A stretch of 64,000 nt of DNA from Protoeuglena noctilucae (taxonomy: Eukaryota): positions 1 through 64,000 of the forward strand of contig OY253689.1 of the NCBI GenBank assembly GCA_958009085.1. The letters are read 5' to 3'. The notes under the pieces were generated by a model. That model saw nothing but the letters and a program-made list of their open reading frames with translations. It did no database searches and was not told where the DNA came from. Shown here piece by piece: positions 24,354 through 35,874 of this stretch. The translations under genes were made by a program, and so were the position numbers. Numbering within the stretch: the stretch's first letter is position 1; each line of letters starts with the position of its first letter.

Positions 24354-27300
24354 TCACCCGTTGCCCCCCTCCGCCTGCGCCTGCCTGTCCCTCTCCATGG
24401 CAGCTGCCACCGCCTCCCTCAGCTGCCCCAGCAGTGCGGCGGGGGCTGACCGCGTGTCCAGGTGCAGACTGTCAGGGGACAGCCACTGCAGATGACAGCG
24501 AACATGAGGGTGCTGTGCCTTGCCAGGGAGCGTGACAGCTTACATGGAGAGGCGCCACTGGCTCGCCTGGCATATACACATGTGAGACGGGAAACGTATC
24601 ACCCCATCCACAATCCACACCACCCCCTCCCCCCTCACCCCCTCGACCGTCTCCCTGGCCGCCTCGTCCGCCCCCGCCAGCACCCCCGCGTCCCTGGGCA
24701 TCCGCGCCAGTCGCCAATCCGCGTCCACCCCGCTCTGCTGCAGGCCCAGCACCTCCCCCGCCCCCCGGGACTCCAGGTCCGCCTCCGCGATGAGGAAGCC
24801 ATCGTTGGTCGCCTCCATCGCCTGCAGAAGGGGCAACGACTCAAGGCATTCAGCTGACTTGCACTATCAGCTGAATGTCGTCGGCCAGCACTGCAGCACT
24901 CGCCATGCGCCATGGGTATCGGTAGAAACCACCAGTCCCACTCCAACACCCCTGTCCCCCCCCCTCACCTGCAGCCTCCGCGCCTGCTCCTCCCCCTCCG
25001 CCGCCGTCACGAGCAGGCACGCCGCCTCGCCCCCTCCCCGCCCCACGCGCCCCCTCAGCTGATGCAGGGCCGCCAGACCCAGGGCTTCTGCGTTGTAGAT
25101 GACCATGAGCGTCGCCTCAGGCACGTCCACCCCCACGTCCACCACCACGCTCGCCACCAGCACGTTGCACTCCCCGGCGCGGAACGCCTCAATTGCCGCC
25201 TCCTTCTCACGCCCGGGCATCTGGCCGTGCACCAGCGCCACCCGAGCGTGAGTACCCAGCGGCTGCCCCGGCCCCACCAGCCGGGCAAAGAGACCCTCGG
25301 CCGTGATGCGACCGGGTGCGTCCCCCGCACTCCCCGCCACGCGCGTGCACACCAGAAAGGCGCGCCCCCCCTCCTCCACCGCCCGCCGCACCTCCTTGTC
25401 CGCCGCCCCCGCCACCGCCTCCGCCAGGTCATCACTAGACGGGGTGGCTGAAACTGGCACCGGTCGCGCCATCCGCCCCGGCTGCCCCGGGCCCTTCCTG
25501 CCCCTGCCCCCCTTGGCGGGTCCCTTTGCTGCTGGCCCCACACGGACGACCCGGGTGCGTACGGGCTGCCTGCCCGGTGGCAGCTCATCCACGCAGCTGA
25601 GGGCCATGTCCCCGTGCAGCACCTGCCCCAGCGACCGGGGGATGGGCGTGGCGGACATGAGGAGCTCGTGCGGGTCGATGGGGGGGGACGCGTCCACAGG
25701 GTTAGCCACGGCACCGTCGCTGGCAGCCGCAGTTGCAGTGGAGAATGGCTCTGCGGAATCAGCCTCTTTACTATCACCACCGTCGTCATCGTGTGTGATT
25801 GCGGCTGGCACCGCCTCTCCGTTCGCGCCCACAGCGGCCCTCTCCGCCGCCCCCCGGTGGTTGGCCCGGAGCAGCGCCCTCCTCTGCTCGACTCCGAACT
25901 TGTGCTGCTCGTCGATCACCGCCAGCCCCAGCCGCGTGAAGGCCGCGTTGGCCAGGGCGTGGGTGCCCACCACGACAATGGGGTCCCCGGCCAGCAGACG
26001 CGACTCAGCGGCACGGCGGTGGCTGGCGGGGGTAGCGCCGGTGAGGAGCATGAGGGGGGGTCTGCCGTGGGGGAAGAGGCGGCGGAGGCGGGGGGAGCCG
26101 CGGGTGGCGATGGCGTCGCAGAGGGAAGACAGGTGCTGAGAGCAAGGGGGTGAGAGTTACAGGGTGAGAGTGGGGCGCATTGCATGGCAGCAAGGTGCTG
26201 AGGGCGAGGGGGTGAGGCGCATTCCACGGGTGAGAAGTGTTTTTGATAGGTGGGGGTGGTGATGTGCTACTATTTGCAACATGAGCATCCCTTCATCTCA
26301 CCCTGGCGTGCTGCTCTGCGACGATCTCCGTGGGCGCCATGAGGGCCGCCTGGTGCCCCGACGCCGCCACGGCCAGCAGTGCCACGAACGCCACGGCTGT
26401 CTTGCCACTCCCCACGTCCCCGTGCACCAGTCGCCGCATCCAGGGCACCCCGGGGGGGGAGGCCATGTCCAGCAGCACCTCAGATATGACGCGGCGCTGG
26501 GGACAGGCGAGACAGGGGATGCATGAGAGTGACATTCATGCGGGGTGCCAGTGAGCGAGATGGACTCCGCTTGACCAGTGCCATCCATGCGTCACCTTCA
26601 TCGCCAGTGATAAGGCACTGGCAGTCCACCCCTCTCGCCTGTGCATTGGTGGCTTGGAAGGGCAGGCATGCGATGGCGTCGTCCATGGCCTCGAGGACGT
26701 GAGGCGGCACCACCAGCTTCGCCTTGGGGTGCAGGCGGCCCTGGAGCAGCGACCAGGCGCGGCGGAGGTGGAGCTGGACCTGGGGGCAGGGAGAGATGAG
26801 GGGGTGAGGTGCATGGCAGCAGGAGAGAGGGTCAGTGCATGGCAGGAGCTGAGAGGGTGAGGTGCATGACAGACTCTCCGTCACATTGCACATACCCCCC
26901 CGACCCCCCATCCCTCGCCTGGGTGAGGAACATCTCCTGGAGCTTGAGCCTCTCCAGCCCCGCCTCCACCCCCCCCTCGTCCCACGGCTGGTGCACCCCC
27001 CGCCACGCCTCCAGCAGCCCCGGCAGCCCCGCTGCCTCCCGCACCCGCGCCGGCAGTGGGTCCGGCACAAAGGCCAGGTCATCCTCAGCACTGTGCTCCT
27101 CTTGCGTCATGCCCTGCCTGGCCGCCGCGTAGTCCAGCGCCGTGCTCACCGCGTGCCGCACCTGCCCCGGCGCCGCGTCCCTCTTGGACGCATACACGGG
27201 CATCAGCACCCGCCCCTCCATGCCGTGCGTCTGCCGCTCCATCCACGGCTCCCAGAGGTCGTCCAGGCGGTCCAGGGGCTTCACGGCGGGCTCTTTCAGC

Positions 27301-30300
27301 AGGAACTGGGGTGGGGATGGAAGGGGAATCTATGAGTGAATTTATGAATGAAGAGAGAGAGGCGCTTGCACGGGCACGAACGTGAGAGAGTCACACTCCA
27401 TCACTGCGTCATGCACGTGATGCACTGCACTGTCTTCAGTCCCTGTGTATCTATGCCCCCCCCACCCCCTTGCCTCGTGTGGGATCTCCACGGTCATCTC
27501 CTTGTCGAAGGGACTGATCTCCGATCCACGGTACGGCAGCGGGTGGTCGATCTTCCCCTCCAGCGACACCAGGGCACCCTCGGGAAAGAGCTTAGCCACG
27601 CCCCTGCGTACGAGAGTCGGGGTGTTGGGGTGTTGTTATGCGATCGGTGAGGGTGATATGGACGAGGCGAGAGTGTAGTGAGATATCATGAACAAAGACG
27701 GCACTGCAAGGATAGCCGCATGCGCCGCGCCTGTGTCCCTCGCCTGGCGATGAACATGCCCTTGTGCACCGGGCATGTGCGCATGGTGAGGCACTTGACG
27801 GTGGCCCTCTTGGCGCGGCCCATGTCCCCCGGCACCTCCACTGTAACGTAGGTGCTGATGGCCGCCAGGGGGAGCGCACTGCCCCGGTGGATGGCCTGCA
27901 CCGAGTGCCCCGTGACCGAGCCGAAGAGCAGGCACGGCTCCCCCACGCGGGGGGTCAGGCACAAGAAGCGGTGCTCCTTGGGGAGCAGCCACAGGAGGTC
28001 GCGGAGTCTGGGGACGCCAGCCTCCGACAACGTCTGGGGGTGCAAGGGGATAAGGGGTTGATGTGAGAGACTTACGTATGCATGTGCCCGAGTGTGGCTT
28101 CTGCTTCAGCATGGGTGCGTCCATGGAAGCATGCAGAGCAAGTCTCAGCACACATAGTAAGCAACATGCATGGTTCGATCCGCATTCAGCGTTACATACC
28201 CCACCACCCCCTCGCCTTGGCCAGCCCCATGTCGATGGTCGGCACCTCCCCCACTGGGGCATCGTCCCACCGCGACAGGCGGCCCACGCGGCCCTCCACC
28301 TCCGCAGTGCCCAGCTCCCCCATCACCCACTCGCTCGCATCCATCTCCAAGTACCGACGCGTGGCATCGGGTTCCGAACCCCACTCCGACCAAGGGCCCT
28401 TCCCTGCCCCCGCCTCCGCCTCTGCCATCGCCAGTCGCGCCCCCCGCGCCGCCAGCGCACCCGGGGCCTCCGTCGTTGACACTGCTGCAGTTGTGACAGT
28501 TGCTTTGGCTTCCTCAGACCCGTCTCTTGGGTGATGACCTGACCCCTCCCTCGCTGTCTCCTTCTCCCTCTCCCCCACTGCCCCCTGCCCCGCCCTCCTC
28601 CCCCACAGCCCCGACGCCGCCGACCCCCCCTCCACCCTCCCCCAGATCGACTCCTCCACCGTCACCCTCCTCCGGCTCTCCCCCTCCACCCCCCTCGCCT
28701 CCGCCGCCTCCACCGCCCCCGGCAGCTCCTCCTTCGGCTGCGGCCGGTCCACCAGGTGGGCCAGGAGGGCCGCGGCCGTGGGGATGGGCACGCGGGCGTC
28801 CGAGGAGAGGCGGTAGCGGACGCGGTCGTCGTTCAGGAGGTGGGGGAGGGCCAGGCCGCACAGCCAGGCCACGTCGTCACCGGCGCGGTGGGACTGGGCG
28901 CCGGCCGTGGGCAGGTGGAAGTAGGACGCGAGGTGCTTGAGGCTGTGGCGGACGAGGGGGCGGCCCCCGTTGGCGGCCTCGATGGCCGGGGTGGCCACGC
29001 GGAAGGCGTGGAGGGTGTCCAGGACGTCGTAGCGGACGGGGTCGGTGGGGGAGGGGCGGTCGAAGCGGGGGGGGAGCAGCACGTTATGACGGCGCATCTG
29101 AGAGGGGCGGAGAGAGAAGCGAGATTGAGCAGCCCTTTGCTGGCCGTGCGCAGCTGGGGGCGTGTGGTGCATGCAGCCTTACCTCACCTGGTGTGCCGTG
29201 CCAGTGTATGCTGCCTCACCTCGTGGGCCATGACGACGTTGTCGTATCGCCTGGCGTTGTGGGCGGCCAGCACCAGGTCAGTGCCCTCGGGGACGTGCTC
29301 CTCCACGAATGCCCAGAAGCGGAGGAGGGCATCGCGGGGGGAGGGGGCGCCGCGGACGTCGGCGTCGGTGATGCCATGCACACCTGAGACAGAGGGGCAG
29401 GGGGGGAGATGCGAGAGGGCGGCGATAGAGACGTGAGTGCCAACACGCGACCCTGCATTCGAGTACACTGTGTCACAGTTGTCTTTATGACATGCACACC
29501 CCCTCATGCCTCACTTGTGGCGTCTGCGGGGATGGGCTCCCCTGGGTTGACCAGGGAGTGGAAGGTGGCCCCCGGCACCTCCTCCCACCGCAGCGACGAT
29601 GCCCCCAGCGCCACCACGCGCGCCGCCACCTCCACGATCCTCGCCCGCGCCGTGCTGACCCCGGTCGTCTCCAGGTCGTACACCACCACGCGCGCGCGCT
29701 GGCCGAACTCCGCGTTGCGCTGGGCCTGGAGGCGCAGGCGCTCCTCCTCCGCCTCCTGGCTCAGAGCAGAGACGCGGGAGGGGGGAGAGGCGGTGCGGGC
29801 GGCAGGGGCGTGTGCGTGGGGGTCGGGGTGTGAAACACGCGAGGCAGGGAGCGGCTGCCGTGCACGCTGGGATGGGGATGGGGAGGGCGTTTTCTCGACT
29901 CTTGCCGAATCGACTCTTGCCGAATCCAGCTTAACCGACGCCATCGCCTCCGTGACCCCCTCTGCCACGTCCGCACCCCCCTGCGACGGCGACCACCGCT
30001 GCCCCTGGCTCTCCCACACCGCACGCTCCCCCCTCCACTCCCTGCCCCACGTGGATCCCCCAGCATGCCCCGTCGCCACCTCCCCCCGCCCCTCCGCCTC
30101 CTCCACCCTCGCCAGGTGGGTGCGGATGGCACCCAGGGCGTCCGCGCGTGCAGTGGCGTCCATGCCGGGGTAGCGGCGGGCGAGGCGCAGGAGGGTGGAG
30201 AGGGCGGCGGTGCGGGAGGGCGTGGCGTGGCCGGGGTCCCGGGCGTGCATCTCGTGGAGCATGAAGGTGAGGATGTCGGAGAAGGGCGTGTCGCCCGCCG

Positions 30301-30746
30301 CGTCATTCTGCGCCAGGGAAGAGATGGCAAGGGGTGGGGAGGGACAGGGCGGGGCAGCGAGCGGGGAGTGTGACCGGGTGGGGAGTGTGACCTGAAACGC
30401 GTGACACGTAGCCGAGAGGACGGGTGGGCTGCGCTCACCGTGAGTCCGGTGGAAGCCTCGAAGTCCAGGCACTGCCGGAGCAGAGCGCGGCTGTCGCGAG
30501 GGGAGTACGGGGGCAGGTCCTGCGCGAGCGAAGCAATCCATTAGCGCGGAGGACACGTGGCTTGGTTGAACAGCAGCGTGGCCAGCACGGGCGCGTCACC
30601 TGAGAATCGCCGCCCTCGAGCTGGCCCGCGCGCGGAGGCTGCGCGCCAGCTTGCCCGGAAGACGATGTCGCCACGTCCCGAAGCTCATAGTACAGCAGCC
30701 AGCGGTGACCCGCGCAGAGTCCCCGCGAGCGCAGCAGGCGCAGCAT
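24354..30746 (-). CDS. recG: Organellar RecG helicase with an internal DEDDh (DnaQ-like) 3'-5' exonuclease domain; 13 exons
   Basis: RecG motifs [56 protein letters not shown] and [25 protein letters not shown]. Exonuclease motifs [15 protein letters not shown] and HRAGDD. Transit-peptide-like first exon [10 protein letters not shown]. Confidence 0.88.
29896..29925 (+). repeat. Perfect 15-bp tandem duplication in a RecG linker exon (DSARV x2)
   Basis: cgactcttgccgaat occurs twice. Confidence 0.9.
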
Positions 30747-31366
30747 CGTGGGCCGGGGCGGCGGGCCGCCGTCCCACGCGCGGTCCCCCGGGCGGTGGGT
30801 GCGGAGGAGGTCACTGCGCATGCGTGCATGCAGATCAGATCGCAGGCGACGGGGTGCAGCGAGTGGGACGTCTCGAAACGTCTCAGCACGCTCGAGGAAG
30901 GGGCGATTCGAGAAGCACGCAGCCGCGATGGCTAAACCAGTCAGCCTCAGTCCTAAGGGATCGGTTTGATGTGGGCATCAAATGTTCGGCTGCTCAGAAA
31001 CGCACGCAGGGTCCTCACCAGGCCTTCCACCTGAACATCTGACCGTCCCCCGGCCTGCCCGCCCCCGCAGTGCCTCCTTCAATCGATGTACATTTCACGA
31101 CAACAGGGATAGGCGCACGCTGGTGAGAACCCAGGCAATAACGGTGGCTTGTTTGGGCTCGTGCCACTGGCACGGGATCCCGCATTGTCTCCCAGGGATA
31201 TCGCGTGCAAAGTTGGCTCGGTGTGACACAATCATTGCATGGCATCGCTTCCCGGGGCGGCAGGCGCGCGGCAGTCGCTGCCCCAGCGCGTTGCGATCGC
31301 ACACCCGTTGCGCGAGCCGACACATTCACAGTTTGGGGCGCGCGTGCGCTGGGCGATGTGAATACC

Positions 31367-34300
31367 ATGTCGTTATCGGAGCTGCAGACTCTCCAGCAGC
31401 AAGCGGCGAGCCTAAAGGCATCTGCGACGGATGTTGTGGACGAGAGGTGTGCGAGCGTGGCGCGAACGACGCGGACCCCCGGCCAATCACCACCGGTCGC
31501 TTTGGAAGCTGCGGATGCAGTGGGCACAGCCTGTCCCACGCCTCCCGCACGCTTAAACCACTGCACGCTTCCCCCGCGCTGTGCACGCAGGAAATGCGCC
31601 GCGTACCTGGAGCGGAGGGCGGGATTCCTCGCCGCGTACAAGCGCTATTTCCTCAAGGGTGACCATCGGCCCATCGCCGTCTCTCGCGACAGCGGTCTCG
31701 GGCCACCAGACCGTCGAGCCTGCCCCACAAATCTATCGATCCGTCCCCTCTCATCGCAGAGAGCCGATCCCCTGCGTCCCTCGACTCCCTTGTCGAGGAC
31801 CTGGAGGAAAGCCTATGGTCGCCGGCCTTCCACACCCCAGTCTCGGCGCTGCGCTCTGCGGTCGTGGCATCCAGGCAGTCGCCCACCGCCCAGGCGCACT
31901 TCGCCTTCGTCTGTCGCGAGGCGGCCGCATTCCTCAGCCGGGCGGACACCTTCTTCAAGCAGCTCATCCGCGACATCCAGGCGAGCGACGCGCTGTGCTG
32001 CACGTAAGACACGGGGCCGTCCGTGCGTCGCCCAGCGCCGAGACCCTTCCCAGCTCCTGCGCCCAGAGCGAGCTGGGGACGCTGGCGGTGGAGATTTCCG
32101 GGGTGCAGACGGTGTCGCTGGCTGGTGCGGCTCCTCCCACCGATGCGACCATAGAGACGGTGTGCCACGTTGTGGCCCGCATGCTCGTCTACCTGGGAGA
32201 CCTGCAGAGGTACCTGGCCGAGATGACCGAGGCACTGCAGGCCGCGAAGGCGAGGAGGCGCGGCGCTGCCAGCTCTGCGGTGCATAGGTGTCAAAAAATC
32301 CTGCTCAGCGCTTGGCCCGTCGCCTTGTGCAGGTGCCCGACGTCCCCCGGCGCTTCGTGTGCCTGGGGCAGGCGTGGCTGCACTACCAGGCGGCCGCGTC
32401 GCTGCACCCGCGCGACGGCCGCGCTAGCATGCAGGCCGCGGCGCTCCTGTCGCGGCAGCTGGGCCCGGACCGCCACGCCCTGGCCCTCTGGTACGGGGTG
32501 CGGGCCGTGGGCGCCGTCGCCTGGCGCGGCCAGGAGACGGCCATCCGCAACCTCTCCATCCTCGTCGTCGACGTCGTCCGCGCCAACCCGGCCGTGCGCC
32601 ACGTGGCCGAGGACGTGGCGTCCGTCTTGCCCCTCGACACCGCCAGCCTCATGCGGCCCGCCGCCTCCGCCTCCGTCGCCACCGACGCCGCGCACCGCCC
32701 GGGCGCCGCGCCGACTGACGCGGGCCACGCCCCCGCGGCCCAGGCTCCCCGGGCTCCCCCGCTGAGCCCCGTGGACCCCCTGGGCCTCGGGAGCGCGGCC
32801 ACCATCAACGCGCCGCCCCCCGCCATGGGCTTGGTCGACCTCCGCGAGTCGCACGCGGCGCTCGACGCGGCCTGGTGCGGCTTCACCGCGGCCCTCTGGT
32901 CCCGCCTCCCGCCCTCCCTGGCCTGGGCCCTGTGCCACGCCGCCCTGCGCGAGTCCGCCGCTGCGCTCCAGCTGCCGGACGACAAGCTCCCCGCCCTCAC
33001 CGGCGTCCTGGCGCGGTCGAGCGAAGGCGCAGGGAACACCGCCGAGAGGGGGCCGCCGGACGTGGCCCCCACCGCGTTCGACCTGGGGCGCGGGCTGGTC
33101 CCGCACGCGATGCTCGCGGTGTTCGCGCACTGGGACGCCAGCGGGGGCTTCGCTGCGGCTGTCGCCCCCCGGCCCCTCAACAGAGGGGCCGCGTCCTCAG
33201 GGGCGTCGGGGTCAGCCCGGGCGGAGGCCCTCTTTGCGGCGCGGGCGGGGCGCTGGGTAACCGGGGACACCGCGGCCCTCCGCGCCGTGGCCGCCTGCGC
33301 GGTGCTGCACCTGGCGGCACAGGCGTGCGGGGCCGTCTTCGACCGCGGACGCCCCCCCCGGCCCAGCGGGTCCCCCCTGGCGCCCGCCCTCCACGCGCTC
33401 CTCCGCTACATCGCCCTCCGCGCTGACGACCTTCTCCCGTCCTCCCTGGCCCCCGCGCCCGGTGCCAGCGGCGGCAGTGCACCCTGGTGGGTGGTGTGTG
33501 ATGAGGCGGCGGTGCGGTACCTGGTGGAGGCCTGGGGTGCGCTGGCGGGGGCGCTGTTCCGGGCCCTGTCTCTGCGGGGCATGGTGGCGTCGATGGGGTC
33601 GCTGGCGGCCATTCTCGGGGACGGGGACGCGGGGGTGGGGGTGGGGTGGGCGGGCACCCCGGAGGGGGTGGCCCTGCAGCACTTTGGGCCGCTGCGCCGT
33701 GGGCCGCTGTCGGCGGCGGCGGTGGAGGTGCTGGTGCGGCAGCGGGGCGCCGGGAGCGAGAGCCGCGCCGTGCGCCAGCGCCGCGTGTCGTCCATCCTGG
33801 CCATGGCTGCCCGCGTGGGGCAGGCTCTGGCGGGGTTCCTGCGACGCGTCGGGTGAGACACTTGAGGTGCTGCAGGGTCTGCCACATCCACGGCTGACCT
33901 GTTCACACCTCGACCACTCCGCCCCCTCCTCTTCTGCAGGGACGCCCCATTCGTGAACGACACCGACAGCACCCCAGCTGGCTTAGGCGCCCGCCTCCGC
34001 GTGTCCCTGTCGAGCCTCTGGGCCCGCGCCGCCACCCTGGCGCGCGCCGCGCAGACCGTGGCGGGCGTCGAGTGCCGACTGGGCGAGGACCCCTTCGCGA
34101 GTGAGGAGGGCGGGACGGGGGAGGGGCAGTCGGGGGACGGGGCAGGGGAGCAGGAGGGCGAGGACCCCGCGCCTCCGCCTCCCCCGCCGGTGGTGGTGGC
34201 AGAGGGGTTGCTGAGGGGGCAGTCGCAGCCTGCCCCCGCCAGCAACGGCCCGGCCTCTGGCGCTCCACCGCCCCCCTTCCCGGGGGCGCTCTTCAGCTGG

Positions 34301-35593
34301 GAGGACGCGCCGGTCGAGCGCCTGGAGCGACCGGGGAGTCCCCGACCAGCCGGCAACGATCCCATGCCCCGGCTCAGGGCAGCGGTGGGGATGGGGAGTT
34401 CCCCGGCCGCGGCCGCAGCCACGAGCCCCCCGACGCCGTCCCCGCCCCCCTTCCCACGAGTGGCGGGCGAGGACCCCGCCCGCGAGTTCATCGCCCGGGT
34501 CCTCGCGGCGCGGCGGGGCGACTCTGCCAGCGGGAGCGTGGGGCCCTCGCCCAGTCTAGCCAAGGCGACGCCGGGTGGAAATGGACCCAGCGCGGCGGCG
34601 GCGACGCGAGATGCTCTGGCGGCGGTCGCTTCTCCGGGCGGCATCGAGGCGCGCTTCAATGGGAGCGGAGGTGGGAATGGCAGCCCTGCGTCGAGCGGGC
34701 GTGCGCGGTCGCTGCCGCCCTGGGCGCCGCTGGCGGCCGTGCGGGGTCGCGGGGCGCCGGGGCCGAGCGGAGGCGCGGCGTCGGATGCAAGGGACGAGTC
34801 GAGCAGTCGGCGTGGTCGGGAGTCGCCGATGGACACGGGGACGCCTGCGACGAGCGGGGGTGGGTCGGGGGCAGTGTCGCAGCCGGGGAACGCCGTGGGG
34901 AGCGGGGGCGCGCAGGGAATGGAGTGGCGATGGGCAGGGGAGGGTGGGGACGGGCGAGGGACGGCCTGGGGTCACGGGTGGAGTGACGGGGGTGGCGGGG
35001 AGGTCGGTGCCGGGGCAGGCATTGGGGCGTGGGCACAGCCGACGTTTGCTGCGGCCAGGGACGATGCTGGTGAGGGTAGGGACGACTGGCTGCACGACAT
35101 ACGGATGGCCGCGGCGGAGCCAGACAGCGCAGAGCTGCGGTGGGGGGCGGGCACCACTGGTGGGGGGCTGGAGGGGCGGTGGGGCAGTGCCGTGTGGGGG
35201 GCAGCGGAGGGCAGCAGGCTGCCTGAGACGGGCGGGCATGGGCCACCGGTTGCAGATGAGGGGACCGAGGAGGAGGTCATCGTGTGGGGCACAGGGGGGG
35301 GCGGGGTCATAGGGGGCGCTGGCGATGGTCTTGCTGTGCCAGGGCGGGACGTGGGCGATGGGTGGATGGCGGGCGCATGGGGCGACGGAGGACCTGGGTG
35401 GACGTCAGGGTCGGCGTCGGCTGGCATGGACCTGGCCGGAGCGCTGGCGGCAGCGGGGCTGACGCAGGCGGAGCTGGAGCAGGTGCTGGGCCCAGGAGTG
35501 CGGCTCCAGACGGGGAAAGACTTGGAGCAGGCGATCCAGGCGGCGCAGCGGCGGCTGCACGATGCGCTAGCGGGGCAGTCGCCGTGGGAATAG
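31367..35593 (+). CDS. EST1/SMG5-7 family 14-3-3-like TPR protein (SMG7-like NMD factor) with a long low-complexity tail; 6 exons
   Basis: LEESLWSPAFH..., FLSRADTFFKQLI, MLVYLGDLQRY, HYQAAASLHPRDGRASMQAA and TAIRNL follow the EST1/EST1_DNA_bind pattern. No PIN domain was recognised. Confidence 0.72.
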
Positions 35594-35874
35594 CGCAGTG
35601 CGTGTTCTAACGAGTGTCATGCGGCGTGAATGCCCCTCCCGGCTCGCCACTACTCCCGTCAGACTGGGCGCCTGAGTCGGCCCCGCGCGTCGGCCTGCTG
35701 AGGTCCGCAGCGCCCACGGATGCCTCCCCCAGACTCGCGGCACGTCTCTTTGGCATCGCTGCGCCCTTGGTCTCCACCGAGCTCGCCGTTTGTCAACTCC
35801 AGTTCCGGGCGCGCGGGGTCCGGTTAGCCGTGACGCGGACGTCTCCGCTGCGGGGCAGGTAGCCGCGATCCGAG

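Noticed and set aside
11001..30746. Bacterial contamination or recent HGT for MurJ and RecG
   Set aside because: Both genes have host-style introns, host codon usage and targeting-like N-termini, consistent with old endosymbiotic transfer.
31367..35593. EST1-like gene near a telomere implying a telomerase role
   Set aside because: Position 31 kb from the end carries no functional information, and NMD is the usual role of this family.
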